Shown piece by piece: positions 1-13,007 of a DNA stretch of 64,000 bases (position 1 is its first letter; every line of letters starts with the position of its first letter). Source of the DNA: Macrostomum hystrix (Eukaryota > Animalia > Platyhelminthes); NCBI GenBank assembly GCA_950097015.1, contig CATNEN010000032.1:1736001-1800000 (forward strand), given 5' to 3'. Under the pieces are notes generated by a model. The model was not told where the DNA came from. It did no database searches and saw nothing but the letters and a program-made list of their open reading frames with translations. Made by a program: the position numbers and the translations under genes.

Positions 1-540
1 GACAGGATTTCCAAGGTCTACTGACGGATTTCCTGGGTCTACTGACGGATTTCCAAGGTCTACTGACGGATTTCCTGGGTCTACTGACAAGATTTCCTGG
101 GTCTACTGACAGGATTTCCTGGGTCTACTGACAGGATTTCCTGGGTCTACTGACAGGATTTCCTGGGTCCACTGACAGGATTTCCTGGGTCCACTGACAG
201 GATTTCCTGGGTCCACTGACAGGATTTCCTGGGTCTACTGACAGGATTTCCTGGGTCCACTGACAGGATTTCCTGGGTCTACTGACAGGATTTCCTGGGT
301 CCACTGACAGGATTTCCTGGGTCTACTGACAGGATTTCCTGGGTCCACTGACAGGATTTCCTGGGTCTACTGACAGGATTTCCTGGGTCCACTGACAGGA
401 TTTCCTGGGTCTACTGACAGGATTTCCTGGGTCCACTGACAGGATTTCCTGGGTCTACTGACAGGATTTCCTGGGTCCACTGACAGGATTTCCTGGGTCC
501 ACTGACAGGATTTCCTGGGTCTACTGACAGGATTTCCAGA
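1..540. repeat. 22-bp minisatellite (GACAGGATTTCCTGGGTC[T/C]ACT)n, runs off window start
   Basis: About 24 near-identical tandem units, directly visible. Confidence 0.95.
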
Positions 541-1034
541 GTCTGCATTTTGTACTAATAGTATAGAGTGTCTTTTCGATCTACGGGCGTATTCTGCTTC
601 TACGCAGTATAAAAAAGGCGGTTAAAAGGGCATTGTAATGATAATAAATGTTCAGAATTTTCACAGCCTTCTAGTCCAAAGAAAATCATGCAGTAAGATA
701 TGAGCTAAAAATCAGCTTATTCGCATCGCGTCTCTCCAATTAAGGCTGTGAAAGTATGAAATTTCCTTGTTTTTTCGCAGCTTTAAAAAAATGCCACCCG
801 ATTGAAAAATGAAAACGTGAAAAATCACTAATTTAATTAGAGATTAATTCGAGACATAACGCTCAAATGATTTTCCCCTTTGATTTTGCTAATTAATGAT
901 TTAAAGGTATCACAAATCATGTATGCGTGTCGGTGTTTTATGTCTTGTCTTTTGAAACTTCACACCGAATATTGTCAGCGGGAGATCCCATTACAAGGGC
1001 TGCTGGGGAAGAATGCTAAAAGCTTCTCTTCTAA

Positions 1035-1560
1035 ACTCTCCTCTCCTCTCCTCTTCTCTCTTCTTCTCTTCTCTCCTCTCCTCTTCTCTCCTCACCTCTC
1101 CTCTCCTCTTCTCTCCTCTCCTCTCCTCTCCTCTCCTCTTCTCTTCTCTCCTTTTCTCTCCTCACCTCTCCTCTCCTCTCCTCTCCTCTCCTCTCCTCTT
1201 CTCTTCTCTCCTCTTCTCTCCTCACCTCTCCTCTCCTCTCCTCTCCTCTTCTCTTCTCTCCTCTTCTCTCCTCACCTCTCCTCTCCTCTCCTCTCCTCTC
1301 CTCTCCTCTCCTCTCCTCTCCTCTCCTCTCCTCTCCTCTCCTCTCCTCTTCTCTTCTCTCCTCTTCTCTCCTCACCTCTTCTCTCCTCACCTCTCCTCTC
1401 CTCTCCTCTCCTCTCAACTCCTCTCCTCTTCTCCTCTCCTCTCCTCTCTTCTCCTCTCCTCTCTTCTCCTCTCCTTTCCTCTCCTCTCCTCACCTCTACT
1501 CTCCTCTCCTCTTCTCCTCTCCTCTCCTCTCCTTTCCTCTTCTCTCCTCTTCCTTACACT
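1035..1560. repeat. (CTCCT)n pentanucleotide microsatellite
   Basis: Directly visible; source of the spurious LSSPL/RGEE ORFs. Confidence 0.95.
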
Positions 1561-2384
1561 CCACCTCATTTCCCCAATATTCGTCTGTTTCCAAGTCAGC
1601 ACACATTAGATTTCAAGCACTGTCTTCCATAGCTCCCAATTTTTTTCTATTAGTAATCTAACTGGGGATAATTCTGTGAGGATTTTATCCCGCATATCAA
1701 GCAAATCGGCTCCAGCTCCTGTATCGATTAGCGCGGCACTTTAAGTCCATCTGATTCACTGGAAAATAAGCTGGAAAATTTATAGAACCCTGTCTATTCG
1801 CTTCCTGCGCATCTCACTTTAGTCATAAATAATAACAATTTTGATATGTGCTGCTAGGAGGGGAGATTTCCCTCTTAAGTATGATCATAAAGCGACCAAA
1901 GGCGACTCAGTTTAGTAATACTGACCCTGGCCTTGGGAGAAGGGTGGGAGATATTGTGCCCCCTATCACTCTCTCTCCCACACTCAATCCTCGATTCCAC
2001 AAAGAGCTATCAGCAATCACAACAGCCCCTCAACTTTTTCCCAACTGATAGAAATGCTTTGTGACACTGTGCGAGATTCTGCTAGCTGACTGGGGTGGAG
2101 CACACTTTGATTATTGCGAGAACTCGCTACCAAATCACTTGGCGGAACCAAGTGAACCCGTTGGCTGCCGAGCACGGCCACGTCCTAATGGAACTTGTCT
2201 CCGGAATGAAATTTGCATTTATTTACAGGCCAACTGCCACAATGACCCGAGAGGGGCTGACCAAGCCACCTAGTCACATCACTGCCACTCACTGCTCAAA
2301 TCAGATTGTTGGGCCTACCATTCATCCCCACTCTGCCTTTCCCATACCCAACTTCCTCTTATATCTCTTATCTCCCACCTCCTT

Positions 2385-2640
2385 CTCCCTATCCCATACT
2401 CATCTCCCTCTCCCATACTCATCTCCCTCTCTCATACTCATCTCCCTCTCCCATACTCATCTCCCTCTCCCATACTCATCTCCCTCTCCCATACTCATCT
2501 CCCTCTCCCATACTCATCTCCCTCTCCCATACTCATCTCCCTCTCCCATACTCATCTCCCTCTCCCATACTCATCTCCCTCTCCCATACTCATCTCCCTC
2601 TCCCATACTCATCTCCCTCTCCCATACTCATCTCCCATTC
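2385..2640. repeat. 19-bp minisatellite (CCATACTCATCTCCCTCTC)n
   Basis: Period 19 visible, about 13 units. Confidence 0.9.
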
Positions 2641-3263
2641 CCACCCTTATCAACCTTTCCCAATGTCCAATTTTGCCGACTACAACATTTTTCTTACCTT
2701 TTCCAATATTGTTTTCCATTTCGTTTATTAGAATCATGGCAAAATTCTACCGGTATGTCTCTCTGTCGAGAAATTCTCCCCAGTGTAGTATTCCCAGTAT
2801 TCTCCCCAGATATCTTCAATGCGAAATCTGGCCTCCACAAAACTTCACCACTCAGAACTATTTTAATTCCATCTTTGGTATTGTCCGTTTTCTGTCGTTC
2901 TGGCATAAACTTGTCTATCATTAGCATATATTTGCATACTGGCGTGTCTCCCCCACCTACGCTAAAATTTCTTATTAAGATCGGCAGGTGCGCCCAGATT
3001 GAGTTTCTGCGCAGATCCAAACTTTAATGCGGACTGTGTTCTTTTTTTCTACTCTGCATTGCCTGGCCTGCTTTTAGAAGCTGAAGTGCTCATTAGGCGA
3101 GCCTAGATTCCTGACGATTAAATTGCACCGATGCTCCAACAGAATCCATGCCTATCCTATTTAATTCACAAAAGCAGCAACATTCGGTATTAGAGGTGAT
3201 TGGCAATTTGGCCACACTGCGGCTATCCCAGTTTGATACTGACACCTGCTTCTGCTCCCAGGA

Positions 3264-4246
3264 GAAGAGGAGGCAGTGGAAGAGGAGGCAGTGGAAGAGG
3301 AGGCAGAGGAAGAGGAGGCAGTGGAAGAGGAGGCAGTGGAAGAGGAGGCAGTGGAAGAGGAGGCAGTGGAAGAGGAGGCAGTGGAAGAGGAGGCAGTGGA
3401 AGAGGAGGCATTGGAAGAGGAGGCAGTGGAAGAGGAGGCAGTGGAAGAGGAGGCAGTGGGAGAGGAGGCAGTGGAAGAGGAGGCAGTGGAAGAGGAGGCA
3501 GTGGGAGAGGAGGCAGTGGAAGAGGAGGCAGTGGAAGAGGAGGCAGTGGAAGAGGAGGCAGTGGAAGAGGAGGCAGTGGAAGAGGAGGCAGTGGAAGAGG
3601 AGGCAGTGGAAGAGGAGGCAGTGGAAGAGGAGGCAGTGGAAGAGGAGGCAGTGGAAGAGGAGGCAGTGGAAGAGGAGGCAGTGGAAGAGGAGGCAGTGGA
3701 AGAGGAGGCAGTGGGAGAGGAGGCAGTGGAAGAGGAGGCAGTGGAAGAGGAGGCAGTGGGAGAGGAGGCAGTGGAAGAGGAGGCAGTGGAAGAGGAGGCA
3801 GTGGAAGAGGAGGCAGTGGAAGAGGAGGCAGTGGAAGAGGAGGCAGTGGAAGAGGAGGCAGTGGGAGAGGAGGCAGTGGAAGAGGAGGCAGTGGAAGAGG
3901 AGGCAGTGGAAGAGGAGGCAGTGGAAGAGGAGGCAGTGGAAGAGGAGGCAGTGGAAGAGGAGGCAGTGGAAGAGGAGGCAGTGGAAGAGGAGGCAGTGGA
4001 AGAGGAGGCAGTGGAAGAGGAGGCAGTGGAAGAGGAGGCAGTGGAAGAGGAGTCAGAGGAAGAGGAGGCAGTGGAAGAGGAGGCAGTGGAAGAGGAGGCA
4101 GTGGAAGAGGAGGCAGTGGAAGAGGAGGCAGTGGAAGAGGAGGCAGTGGAAGAGGAGTCAGAGGAAGAGGAGTCAGAGGAAGAGGAGGCAGTGGAAGAGG
4201 AGGCAGTGGAAGAGGAGTCAGTGGAAGAGGAGGCAGAGGAAGAGGA
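3264..4246. repeat. 15-bp minisatellite (GAGGAGGCAGTGGAA)n
   Basis: About 65 units; open in several frames only because the unit is 3n and lacks stops. Confidence 0.95.
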
Positions 4247-4802
4247 CGTGGTGGCAGAATCAGTATAGAAGCAGAAGCAGTATTATATTGCTCAAAGTTG
4301 CACCGTGACATTGAGCAGAAGTGTGACAGAATCATTATTCACAATTCTTGTGCAGATTGCAATACCCTCTACTGTCACAGGGTTGAGCTGCTCAGTGAAA
4401 TCTTACTAGATTATTGCCGCTCAGCCAAGCCTGAAATTTGATGTGTGTGTGTGAGTGTGTGACCATATTTGGAGACAAAAGACATGAAAGTGGCCAGTAC
4501 TTAATTAAAATTTCCTAATTATGTTGGACGAGCGGATAAATTTAATTTTCCGGTCACGGACAACTTTGTAAACTCTTGAAAGAAAACTGGAAACTTTCCT
4601 TAAGAAAACTGGAAATACTTTAGGGTTGCAAGAGAAGCTGAACCCAAGCAGGTCGAGTGGGTCTGTTTGCCCGAATTGGTTCACTCGAATGAATCCTTAT
4701 TTTAGGGGCAAATGTTTCATGAGGCTTCTGACACACCCGATTCGATTCGGTTGGAAAACAGTCTCAGGTATGATACAACCATGCTTTGGGGAACTCAGGG
4801 GA

Positions 4803-5187
4803 GACTGTGAGACAGTGAGACAGTGAGTGAGACAGTGAGACAGTGAGACAGTGAGACAGTGAGACAGTGAGACAGTGAGACAGTGAGACAGTGAGACAGT
4901 GAGACAGTGAGTGAGACAGTGAGACAGTGAGACAGTGAGACAGTGAGACAGTGAGACAGTGAGACAGTGAGACAGTGAGTGAGACAGTGAGACAGTGAGA
5001 CAGTGAGACAGTGAGACAGTGAAACAGTGAGACAGTGAGACAGTGAGACAGTGAGACAGTGAGACAGTGAGTGAGACAGTGAGACAGTGAGACAGTGAGA
5101 CAGTGAGACAGTGAAACAGTGGGACAGTGAGACAGTGAGACAGTGAGACAGTGAGACAGTGAGACAGTGAGACAGTGAGACAGTGAG
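4803..5187. repeat. 8-bp tandem repeat (GAGACAGT)n
   Basis: Directly visible. Confidence 0.95.
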
Positions 5188-5352
5188 TTTCGCTGAATTA
5201 ATATTTGCTAAATCTAAAATTTAACCAGCAGAGCCGGTTGCTGCACAGTTTATCACACACACAACTCACGCACACACTCTGAGACTGAGGCTCTGGGGTT
5301 GACGCCCTGGGATTCTGTCCTCGTCCGTCCTTCTGCGGATCCCACGAACCAG

Positions 5353-6666
5353 TCAGCCGAATCCACTCCCAATGCCTCCCTTCCAATCCCGACCGCACTC
5401 GGAGCTGGCAGCCGAGGCAATCATTTGTCTCCCCAAGTCGGCAGACCATTCTGAGCACACCTTGAGCAGTCTTTTCCGCTTTATCCTCCAGTGTCTGACG
5501 CTGATCCCGCTAGAAAATTTCTGATTGGCTTCCTCAGCTCCATCAATTTCCTCCCAGAGCCAGAGTCCAGGCTCGGCGGGACATGACGCAATGAGGCGCA
5601 TGGAATGCGGCCACCCACGCACGGGCAGTTCCCATAAATACGGAGCGGACATCGGTCCAAGGAATTTCACTGCGGAGAATCGAACAACAGAAAACGGAAG
5701 CAAGGACAAGAGAGCCGCAATTGCTGCCCTGGCAATTGTGTTTTGGTGAGTACTAAGCATGCTTTGGTGTAGTTTCGGATTCTTCAGTATTCGCTTTGCC
5801 GTATTAGCGTCAAGCGTGTCTGTGGGCGCCCGAAATTAGTTGGATCTGTTGAGGATTTTCGCTGAGCTGCAAGCGGGCAACGGGGGAAGCCGACCCGGCC
5901 TATTCTATATTCCCATGGGTGGGATTTGACCGAGCTGCTATCGATGCTTGGCGAGTGTGCCTCTGGTATCCAAGCTGACCGCTGGCGACTAGCTGAAAAC
6001 TGAATTTTGTCTATATTGAGCAGCGTGGGAGGACCGCTGCCTGCCGTAGTTCTTTGCGGGAGAAGAAGTTAGGGGACAAAGTTCGTGTTTATATTGAAGC
6101 TATGCGAGAGTGAAAGTCAGAGCGGAGAGTGAGAGCGGAGAGTGACAGCGGAGAGTGAGAGCGGTGAGTGAGAGCGGAGAGTTGGAGCGGAGGGTGAGAG
6201 CGGTGAGTGAGAGCGGAGAGTGACAGCGGAGAGTGAGAGCGGTGAGTGAGAGCGGAGAGTGAGAGCGGTGAGTGAGAGCGGAGATTGAGAGTGGAGAGTG
6301 AGAGCGGAGATTGAGAGTGGGGAGTGAGAGCGGAGAGTGAGAGCGGAGAGTGAGAGCGGAGAGTGAGAGCGGAGAGTCAGAGCGGTGAGTGAGAGCGGAG
6401 AGTGAGAGCGGAGAGTGAGAGCGGTGAGTGAGAGCGGAGAGTGAGAGCGGTGAGTGAGAGCGGAGAATGAGAGCGGAGAGTGAGAGCGGAGAGTGAGAGC
6501 GGTGAGTGAGAGCGGTGAGTGAGAGCGGAGGGTGAGAGCGGAGAGTGAGAATACCTGATTGAGTGTCGGGGCAGTAAGTGCCGAAATAGTTGATGGCATG
6601 AAGCGACAACGTCAGGTATTTCACTTCAGCTTTCTTCAATTGAGAATCAATTGCATAAAATTCCAT
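5353..6666 (-). CDS. Candidate first exons of an unidentified minus-strand gene, head-to-head with the C16orf89 gene
   Basis: ATG at 6666 opens MEFYAIDSQLKKAEVKYLTLSLHAINYFGTYCPDTQS ending at G|gtattc (6555, phase 1). The intron holds the 13-bp repeat. Acceptor ctaat..cacag|AC at 5819 continues in phase (DTLDANTAKRILKNPKLHQSML...). Product not recognised; downstream structure uncertain. Confidence 0.3.
6110..6550. repeat. 13-bp minisatellite (GAGTGAGAGCGG[A/T])n
   Basis: Directly visible. Confidence 0.9.
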
Positions 6667-7009
6667 TGCAGTCTTTACTTTTTATGAAGTGCAGCTATTA
6701 AAAATGAGCAACACCAGGCAATGTATGAGTACTAGTTTTTGTAATTTCCCTCGACTGGAGGGTTGTCATTCAGATTTTAGCCTTCTTTTCTGCCAAATCC
6801 TGGGAATTAAACAGGTGACTGTCTGTTTGCACAGTTATACAGTATTTTTGTACTGCAAAGAATGTCTCGGTACCGTATGTCTGTTAAAGTTGCTGATTGA
6901 AAATTCCTTTGCATTCAAGTCAGCCTTAACTCTCCTTATTGTACGGAATTGAAAAAAATTTAGAAATTTCAAAGAAAAAAGTTTTAATCTAACGTAGTAA
7001 TATAAAAAC

Positions 7010-7397
7010 GATCTGGGATCTAGGATCCTGGGATCTAGGATCTGGGATCTAGGATCTGGGATCTAGGATCTGGGATCTAGGATCTGGGATCTAGGATCTG
7101 GGATCTAGGATCTGGGATCTAGGATCTGGGATCTAGGATCTGGGATCTAGGATCTGGGATCTAGGATCTGGGATCTAGGATCTGGGATCTAGGATCTGGG
7201 ATCTAGGATCTGGGATCTAGGATCTGGGATCTAGGATCTGGGATCTAGGATCTGGGATCTAGGATCTGGGATCTAGGATCTGGGATCTAGGATCTGGGAT
7301 CTAGGATCTGGGATCTAGGATCTGGGATCTAGGATCTGGGATCTAGGATCTGGGATCTAGGATCTGGGATCTAGGATCTGGGATCTAGGATCTGGGA
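7010..7397. repeat. 14-bp tandem repeat (GGATCTGGGATCTA)n
   Basis: Near-perfect units, period 14. Confidence 0.95.
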
Positions 7398-8331
7398 CCG
7401 CACTACATTATAGGAATCGCTCTGTAGTTTAATTATACGTTATTCATTCGTCTGTCTGTCTCTGTGGCAAGCAAAGCTAAAAATGCTCGCATTTTTAGAA
7501 ATGCTTCCTTTCTAAGAATAATCCCGGATTTGGGCAAGGACTGCGGGCGAAAAGAAGCAAGATTAATGGGATTTGCTGAGTGGCGAGGGGTCTGCTAGAG
7601 CTAGCGATTTTTTTAATCCCCAATGGGGAAATTCCGTTGGGATAAAAAATACAGAGACACTGACGGGACGCAAGATGGAAATTGAAACACAGGGAATGTC
7701 TAAAGGCCTGAAATTTCGGTAAAAAATGGTTTGCTATTAAAATTTAAAATGGTTTCGGCAACGGTTCTTGGTTTAATAATGCACATCAATGACTTGAGAT
7801 AACAACAGATAATTAATCATCAGAATTTGTTTATTCCAGATTAGGCGCAGCAAATTTGGTTTGCTTAGTATTTGTTGGATAAAAAATTCGAGATACTAAA
7901 TTCGTGTTCATCCCATCTGTTTCCCTACTCAATCTTATAAATTATCCCCTACCTGACATCCAATACCGTGTGTTATCAGTTACGTAGGGTTGGTAGCAAA
8001 CTCGAATAAATTGTGGCCCCAGTGTGTCACAGGCCTGTAATCTCAGATGATCAGGATAACCAGCTGATAATTTCAGACTACAGACAGCTCGCCGTACTTG
8101 GCTTGTTATTTATTATTATTATCAAATCTTGTTATTACAGGCTGGCTTTGTTTTATCAGCAGGGCTGGGACAGAAAGATGGTCAAAGAGTACAGTACAGT
8201 TCAGTACAGCATACAGTACAGTTCAGTACAGTACTTGTAGTACAGTACAGAGTGACAGTACAGGCAGGCAGATGGAGGGACAGGCAGATACTGACACCAC
8301 TTTTTGAAAACCTTTCAATTTTAGCGACTCG

Positions 8332-11300
8332 ATGACGCTACTCTCTGTCGGGCTGCTGACTGCTGCCTGCGTATTCGTCTGCTGCCCACTGCTCACCGAA
8401 GCCACAGTTAGAGGGGACTCTGCTGTCGCCAAAGCCGCCGCCGATCTTGCGCTGACTCTGGACGCTGTGGAACGCGCGGTGGCCTTCATGGGGCGACACA
8501 CCCGGAGCGCCAATCTGGACGGCGGCATCGGACTCCGAACAGTGGAAGGTAAGCAGAGGAGAGGAGAGGAGAGGAGAGGAGAAGAGAGGAGAGGAGAGGA
8601 GAGGAGAGGAGAGGAGAGGAGAGGAGAGGAGAGGAGAGGAGAGGAGAGGAGAGGAGAGGAGAGGAGAGGAGAGGAGAAGAGGAGAGGAGAGGAGAGGAGA
8701 GGAGAGGAGAGGAGAGGAGAGGAGAGGAGAGGAGAGGAGAGGAGAGGAGAGGAGAGGAGAGGAGAGGAGAGGAGAGGAGAGGAGAGGAGAGGAGAAGAGG
8801 AGAGGAGAGGAGAAGAGGAGAGGAGAGGAGAGGAGAGGAGAGGAGAGGAGAGGAGAGGAGAGGAGAGGAGAGGAGAGGAGAGGAGAGGAGAGGAGAGGAG
8901 AGGAGAAGAGAGGAGCGGAGGATATGAGTGGATTAACAAAATCAGCAGTTCAGTGCCATAAAGATTCGAACCCATGCCCACCAAGGTCAATTCGGAGGCC
9001 TTCTGGCGCGCCATTGGACTGAAATGCCTCTGTGGCTGGTTACTAGGCTAAAATCGATACAGTCTTCGGCTGGGCGCGTTGCCAAGGAGACGTCGAGCTC
9101 GGCACACCGAAGCACACCATTGTACTTTGCCAGTGAGTAGATACTTTGCACTTTGCACAGGAGTTGGGGCAGTTGGATGCAATTGATTCGTTTAGTCTAT
9201 TGACTGGAAAATCTTGTTTGATCTGATCAGAAATCGAATTGAATTTTTTGTTAACTATCAATGGGGTGGGATTTCATCGATCATGTCAGGACAAATTAGT
9301 CTGAAAACTTCGCTTGCTGAATCCTGCTCAAGCTAATGTCATTTTATCCGGCTGGAAATGCAACATAGCAGTTAGTCACTTGTTTTGCATTTGATGTTGT
9401 CATTTTTTAACCAATAAGGATTCGCCATAGAGAACTGTTAGTCGACCCTGTCACCAGTGCCTTCGACAAGAATCGCGGAATGTCTCGACGATGCTGACTC
9501 GGTCGGCTTTGAAAGTTAATTTACAGTAAAGGGCGGAAAATGTCGATCCATATTGTGGACTTTCACGAAAATCGGTCATTCGGTTTGGGAGCTGTCGTGA
9601 AGTAGGCAGTGGGTATGTTTGAAAATCTTCCGTTGTCCTCCGCAGGGTAGAAATGGCCCTGCGTTTCGTTTCGAAAGAAAAGATTAGGAATCAATTCGAA
9701 AAAGTGACAGGGTTGAGAGGTCAAAGGGATCGGGGAGGTCAACGGGATCGGGGAGGTCAAAAGGATCGGGGAGGTCAAAGGGATCGGGAAGGTCAAAGGG
9801 ATCGGGGAGGTCAAAGGGATCGGGGAGGTCAAAGGGATCGGGGAGGTCAAAGGGATCGGGGAGGTCAAAGGGATCGGGGAGGTCAAAGGGAGGAGGATCT
9901 TTTAGAAGTTATCGCAAATTTGAAGTTCGCAACGATTGACGGTCCGAAATTCCCCCTCCACCCACGGTCAGACGCAGGCCGTCTCCTTGACGACCACTCG
10001 TGGGACGCCTTCTTCCCCAGCCGTCAGCTGCCAATGAGTTCCGGCGCCGCGCTGCTGGCCGAGGCGGCGGCCACAAAGGCCGCCCTTGCTACCGGTGCCG
10101 CTGACGAGGACGACGGATTCGACGAGAAATTCAGCGACGACTGCATCCGCGAGTTCTACGGAGCGTCCGGGTGAGGCCCAAACTGGGGATCACGGGGAAA
10201 CGGAAAATTTTCTCCATCTCACAATAACAGACAAAATCTCTTTTTAAAGAACAATTGAATTCCATTTGAGAAAAACTGCTGGATTGGACTACTAAAAGCA
10301 TTTTACTTACCAATAAGAAAAATTCTTTTACAGGCGACCTGCCTGTTCAATCTCGAATGGCTGCTGGGACACAATGGTCCGATCCGAGGGTCGTCGGGAT
10401 TACTTCCTGACGCACCAGGTCTTCTATCTGCTTAGCGGAATCAATGTGAGTGCTTTATTATAAAAATACTGGCCTCTCAATGGACTGGTGTCGAAAGAGG
10501 AGTGACGTGGGTGTCGAAACTGGAGTCAGGTGGGTGTCGACATTGGAGTAAGGTGGTTGTCGACAGTGAAGTGAAGTGGGTGTCGACAGTGAAGTGAGTT
10601 AGGTGTTGACATTGGAGTGAGGTGGGTGTCGACAGTGGAGTGAGGTGGGTGTCGATAGTGGAGTGAGGTGGGTGTCGACAGTCGACTGAGGTGGGACCGA
10701 CAGTGGACTGAGGTGGGTGTCGACAGTGGAGTGAGGTGGGTGTCGACAGTGGAGTGAGGTGGGTTAAGACAGTAGAGTGGGGTGGGTTAAGACAGTGGAC
10801 TGAGGTGGGTGTCGACAGTGGAGTGAGGTTGGTTAAGACAATGTAGTGAGGTGGGTTAAGACAGTGGAGTGGGGTGGGTTGAGACAGTGGACTGAGGTGG
10901 GTGTCGACAGTGGACTGAGGTGGGTGTCGACAGTGGAGTGAGGTTGGTTAAGACAATGTAGTGAGGTGGGTTAAGACAGTGGAGTGGGTGGGTTAAGACA
11001 GTGGAGTGAGGTGGGTGTCGACAGTGAAGTGAGGTGGGTTAAGACAGTGGAGTGAGGTGGGTTAAGACAGTGGAGTGAGGTAATCATTCTTTAACACAAA
11101 CCCCTCCACAAAATCTGCCATGTGATATAAACCACCCACAATATTGCGATCAGCCTTCTTAAAGCCACCTTTTTTACTTACTTGCCTGGCTCGTAGAGAG
11201 CCCTTTAACAGAATAACCTGTCCTAAAAGACAAATCTATACTAAAAAATTCCATGACGCAACAACCCTTCAGGCCAACTGCCTCTACAACCTGACCGAGA

Positions 11301-12101
11301 TGAGAAAGTCGCGACCCTCGCAAAGCGAAGCCTGGAAGCGCAGACCCGGAACCCACCCGATCCGAGCACTACTGGACAAATTCTGCGGCAGAATTTTGGT
11401 GGAGGCCACCGCGCAAGAGACTCAGGGATTTCCGGCAATCAATCGGGACCTTTTCATGGAGCAGGGTGAGAAGCTGAAGAAGCGCCATTATCTGAATTAA
11501 GAATCGCTCCAAGCTAAGAATCGCAGCACGTGATAGGAATCGCTCTGTAGTTTAATTATCCGTTATTCTCTCTTTACTCCTAGTAGCCAGGCAAAGGTGC
11601 GAAATGAGTTTCTCTGGTTGAGAATGATAAAAATACACAATAGCTGCTCGCAGATAGACAAATAGAAATTATGCCAAGCCCCAGTTGAGCCAGTTATAAA
11701 GCTAGCGGCGCTTCTACGGAGCTCCCCGTTAACCCGCACCCGCAGTCGGTCTGTGCGGCCTGGCTGGCTACGTGGCCGAGTTCGGGCAGGCCCGTTGGCG
11801 CCGCCCGGTGCTCGGCTGGCAGAGGGCCAACGGTTGCTACGGCGCCTTCCCCAACGAGCCGGTGGCCCAGGAGAATTTCAACCCGGAGCGCTACGGAAAT
11901 TATCGGAGGCGAAGGAAGCGATCCGAGGCGCTGATGGCCGGCGACGGCTGCCTGTCGCACCGAACGTCGGTGGCCCTGGATGCCCTCGTGGCCTTCATCC
12001 GGCAGCAGATTGAGAGCCTATTGAAGCTCCGGACTAAACTGAACGTCAACCGCGGAGAGGAGCATACAGCAGGCAGCAGCAGCGACTTTGAATTCATCTG
12101 A
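8332..12101 (+). CDS. C16orf89: UPF0764 / C16orf89 homologue, secreted protein, 6 exons: 8332-8548, 8986-9132, 9972-10170, 10334-10445, 11273-11465, 11746-12101
   Basis: Signal-peptide-like N-terminus; motifs LDAVERAVAF..NLDGGIGLR, FDEKFSDDC, YFLTHQVFY, RDLFMEQVGLCG, WQRANGCYG, RRKR..DGCLSHRT match the family as I recall it. All GT-AG junctions are phase-compatible and give one open frame. Confidence 0.85.
8556..8915. repeat. (GAGGA)n microsatellite in intron 1 of C16orf89
   Basis: Begins just after the G|gtaagc donor. Confidence 0.95.
9715..9890. repeat. 18-bp minisatellite (GGGGAGGTCAAAGGGATC)n, intron 2
   Basis: About 10 units. Confidence 0.9.
10500..11081. repeat. ~23-bp minisatellite (GTGGAGTGAGGTGGGTGTCGACA)n, intron 4
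   Basis: About 25 diverged units. Confidence 0.9.
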
Positions 12102-12499
12102 CTTCAGGGATTCAAAGAGTTTGAGATTGAAAGCTAGCCAATCAATAATCTGAGAAGTATGTCCTTATCTTAATTCTCGATAAAAAAACACCGGAAAGCA
12201 AAAAAATAAACAAAACTCTACAGAGATGAAGCCACTGTTAAGATTCAGAAATAAACCGTTACAAAAAATCCGGAGATGAAATCAATTTGAGAAGAGCATC
12301 AGTTGATTTTCTGAAATATTAAACTTTATTATATTTGTCTGTTTATAAGTGTTAATAACTTTCCTTTATTAATAATAACAACAAATTAATTTGCAAAATG
12401 ACTGAAATTCCTCATATTGTAAGGGCTTCTAAAATTGGCATAGTCACACTTGACATTTTATTACCAAGTGATGGTAATCGCCGGGACGACCACGTAGAA

Positions 12500-12725
12500 T
12501 TGATGATGGTTGATAGAAATCTATTGGTAGATTGATGATGGTTGATAGAAATCTATTGGTAGATTTATGATGGTTGATAGAAATCTATTGGTAGATTTAT
12601 GATGGTTGATAGAAATCTATTGGTAGATTGATGATGGTTGATAGAAATCTATTGGTAGATTTATGATGGTTGATAGAAATCTATTGGTAGATTTATGATG
12701 GTTGATATAAATCTATTGGTAGATG
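12500..12725. repeat. 32-bp minisatellite (GATGGTTGATAGAAATCTATTGGTAGATT..)n
   Basis: About 7 units. Confidence 0.9.
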
Positions 12726-13007
12726 GTTAGTGGCGGCGATCATTATTCAAGGCTATACACGTGCATATTACACATGCGCATTGTTCTATGGCCTAAACTA
12801 GTCATTGCGTCATGATCATTGCGTACCGCTTATAAGTTTCTTCAGAGATTGGCCATAGACTATAATTAAGTTACAGTGTTTGGATGAAATAAAAACAGAA
12901 AAATTAGGGCGCGATTGACCATAGACTATTCGCTGCGTTGCATAAAAGCTCTATTATAAGTGACTGCTTTCTTACACTTCATTTTCTTAGTCAAGACTTA
13001 GTCAAAG

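Noticed and set aside
880-4441. Long ORFs such as LSSPL, RGEE, EEEAV, RGGSG and PLPPL
   Set aside because: They are translations of 5-, 19- and 15-bp tandem repeats, open in several frames on both strands, with no evidence of coding
2050-4770. Isolated candidate exons (2052-2273 +, 4624-4768 +, about 4406-4430 -)
   Set aside because: Plausible on either strand; no consistent phase chain or homology could be established
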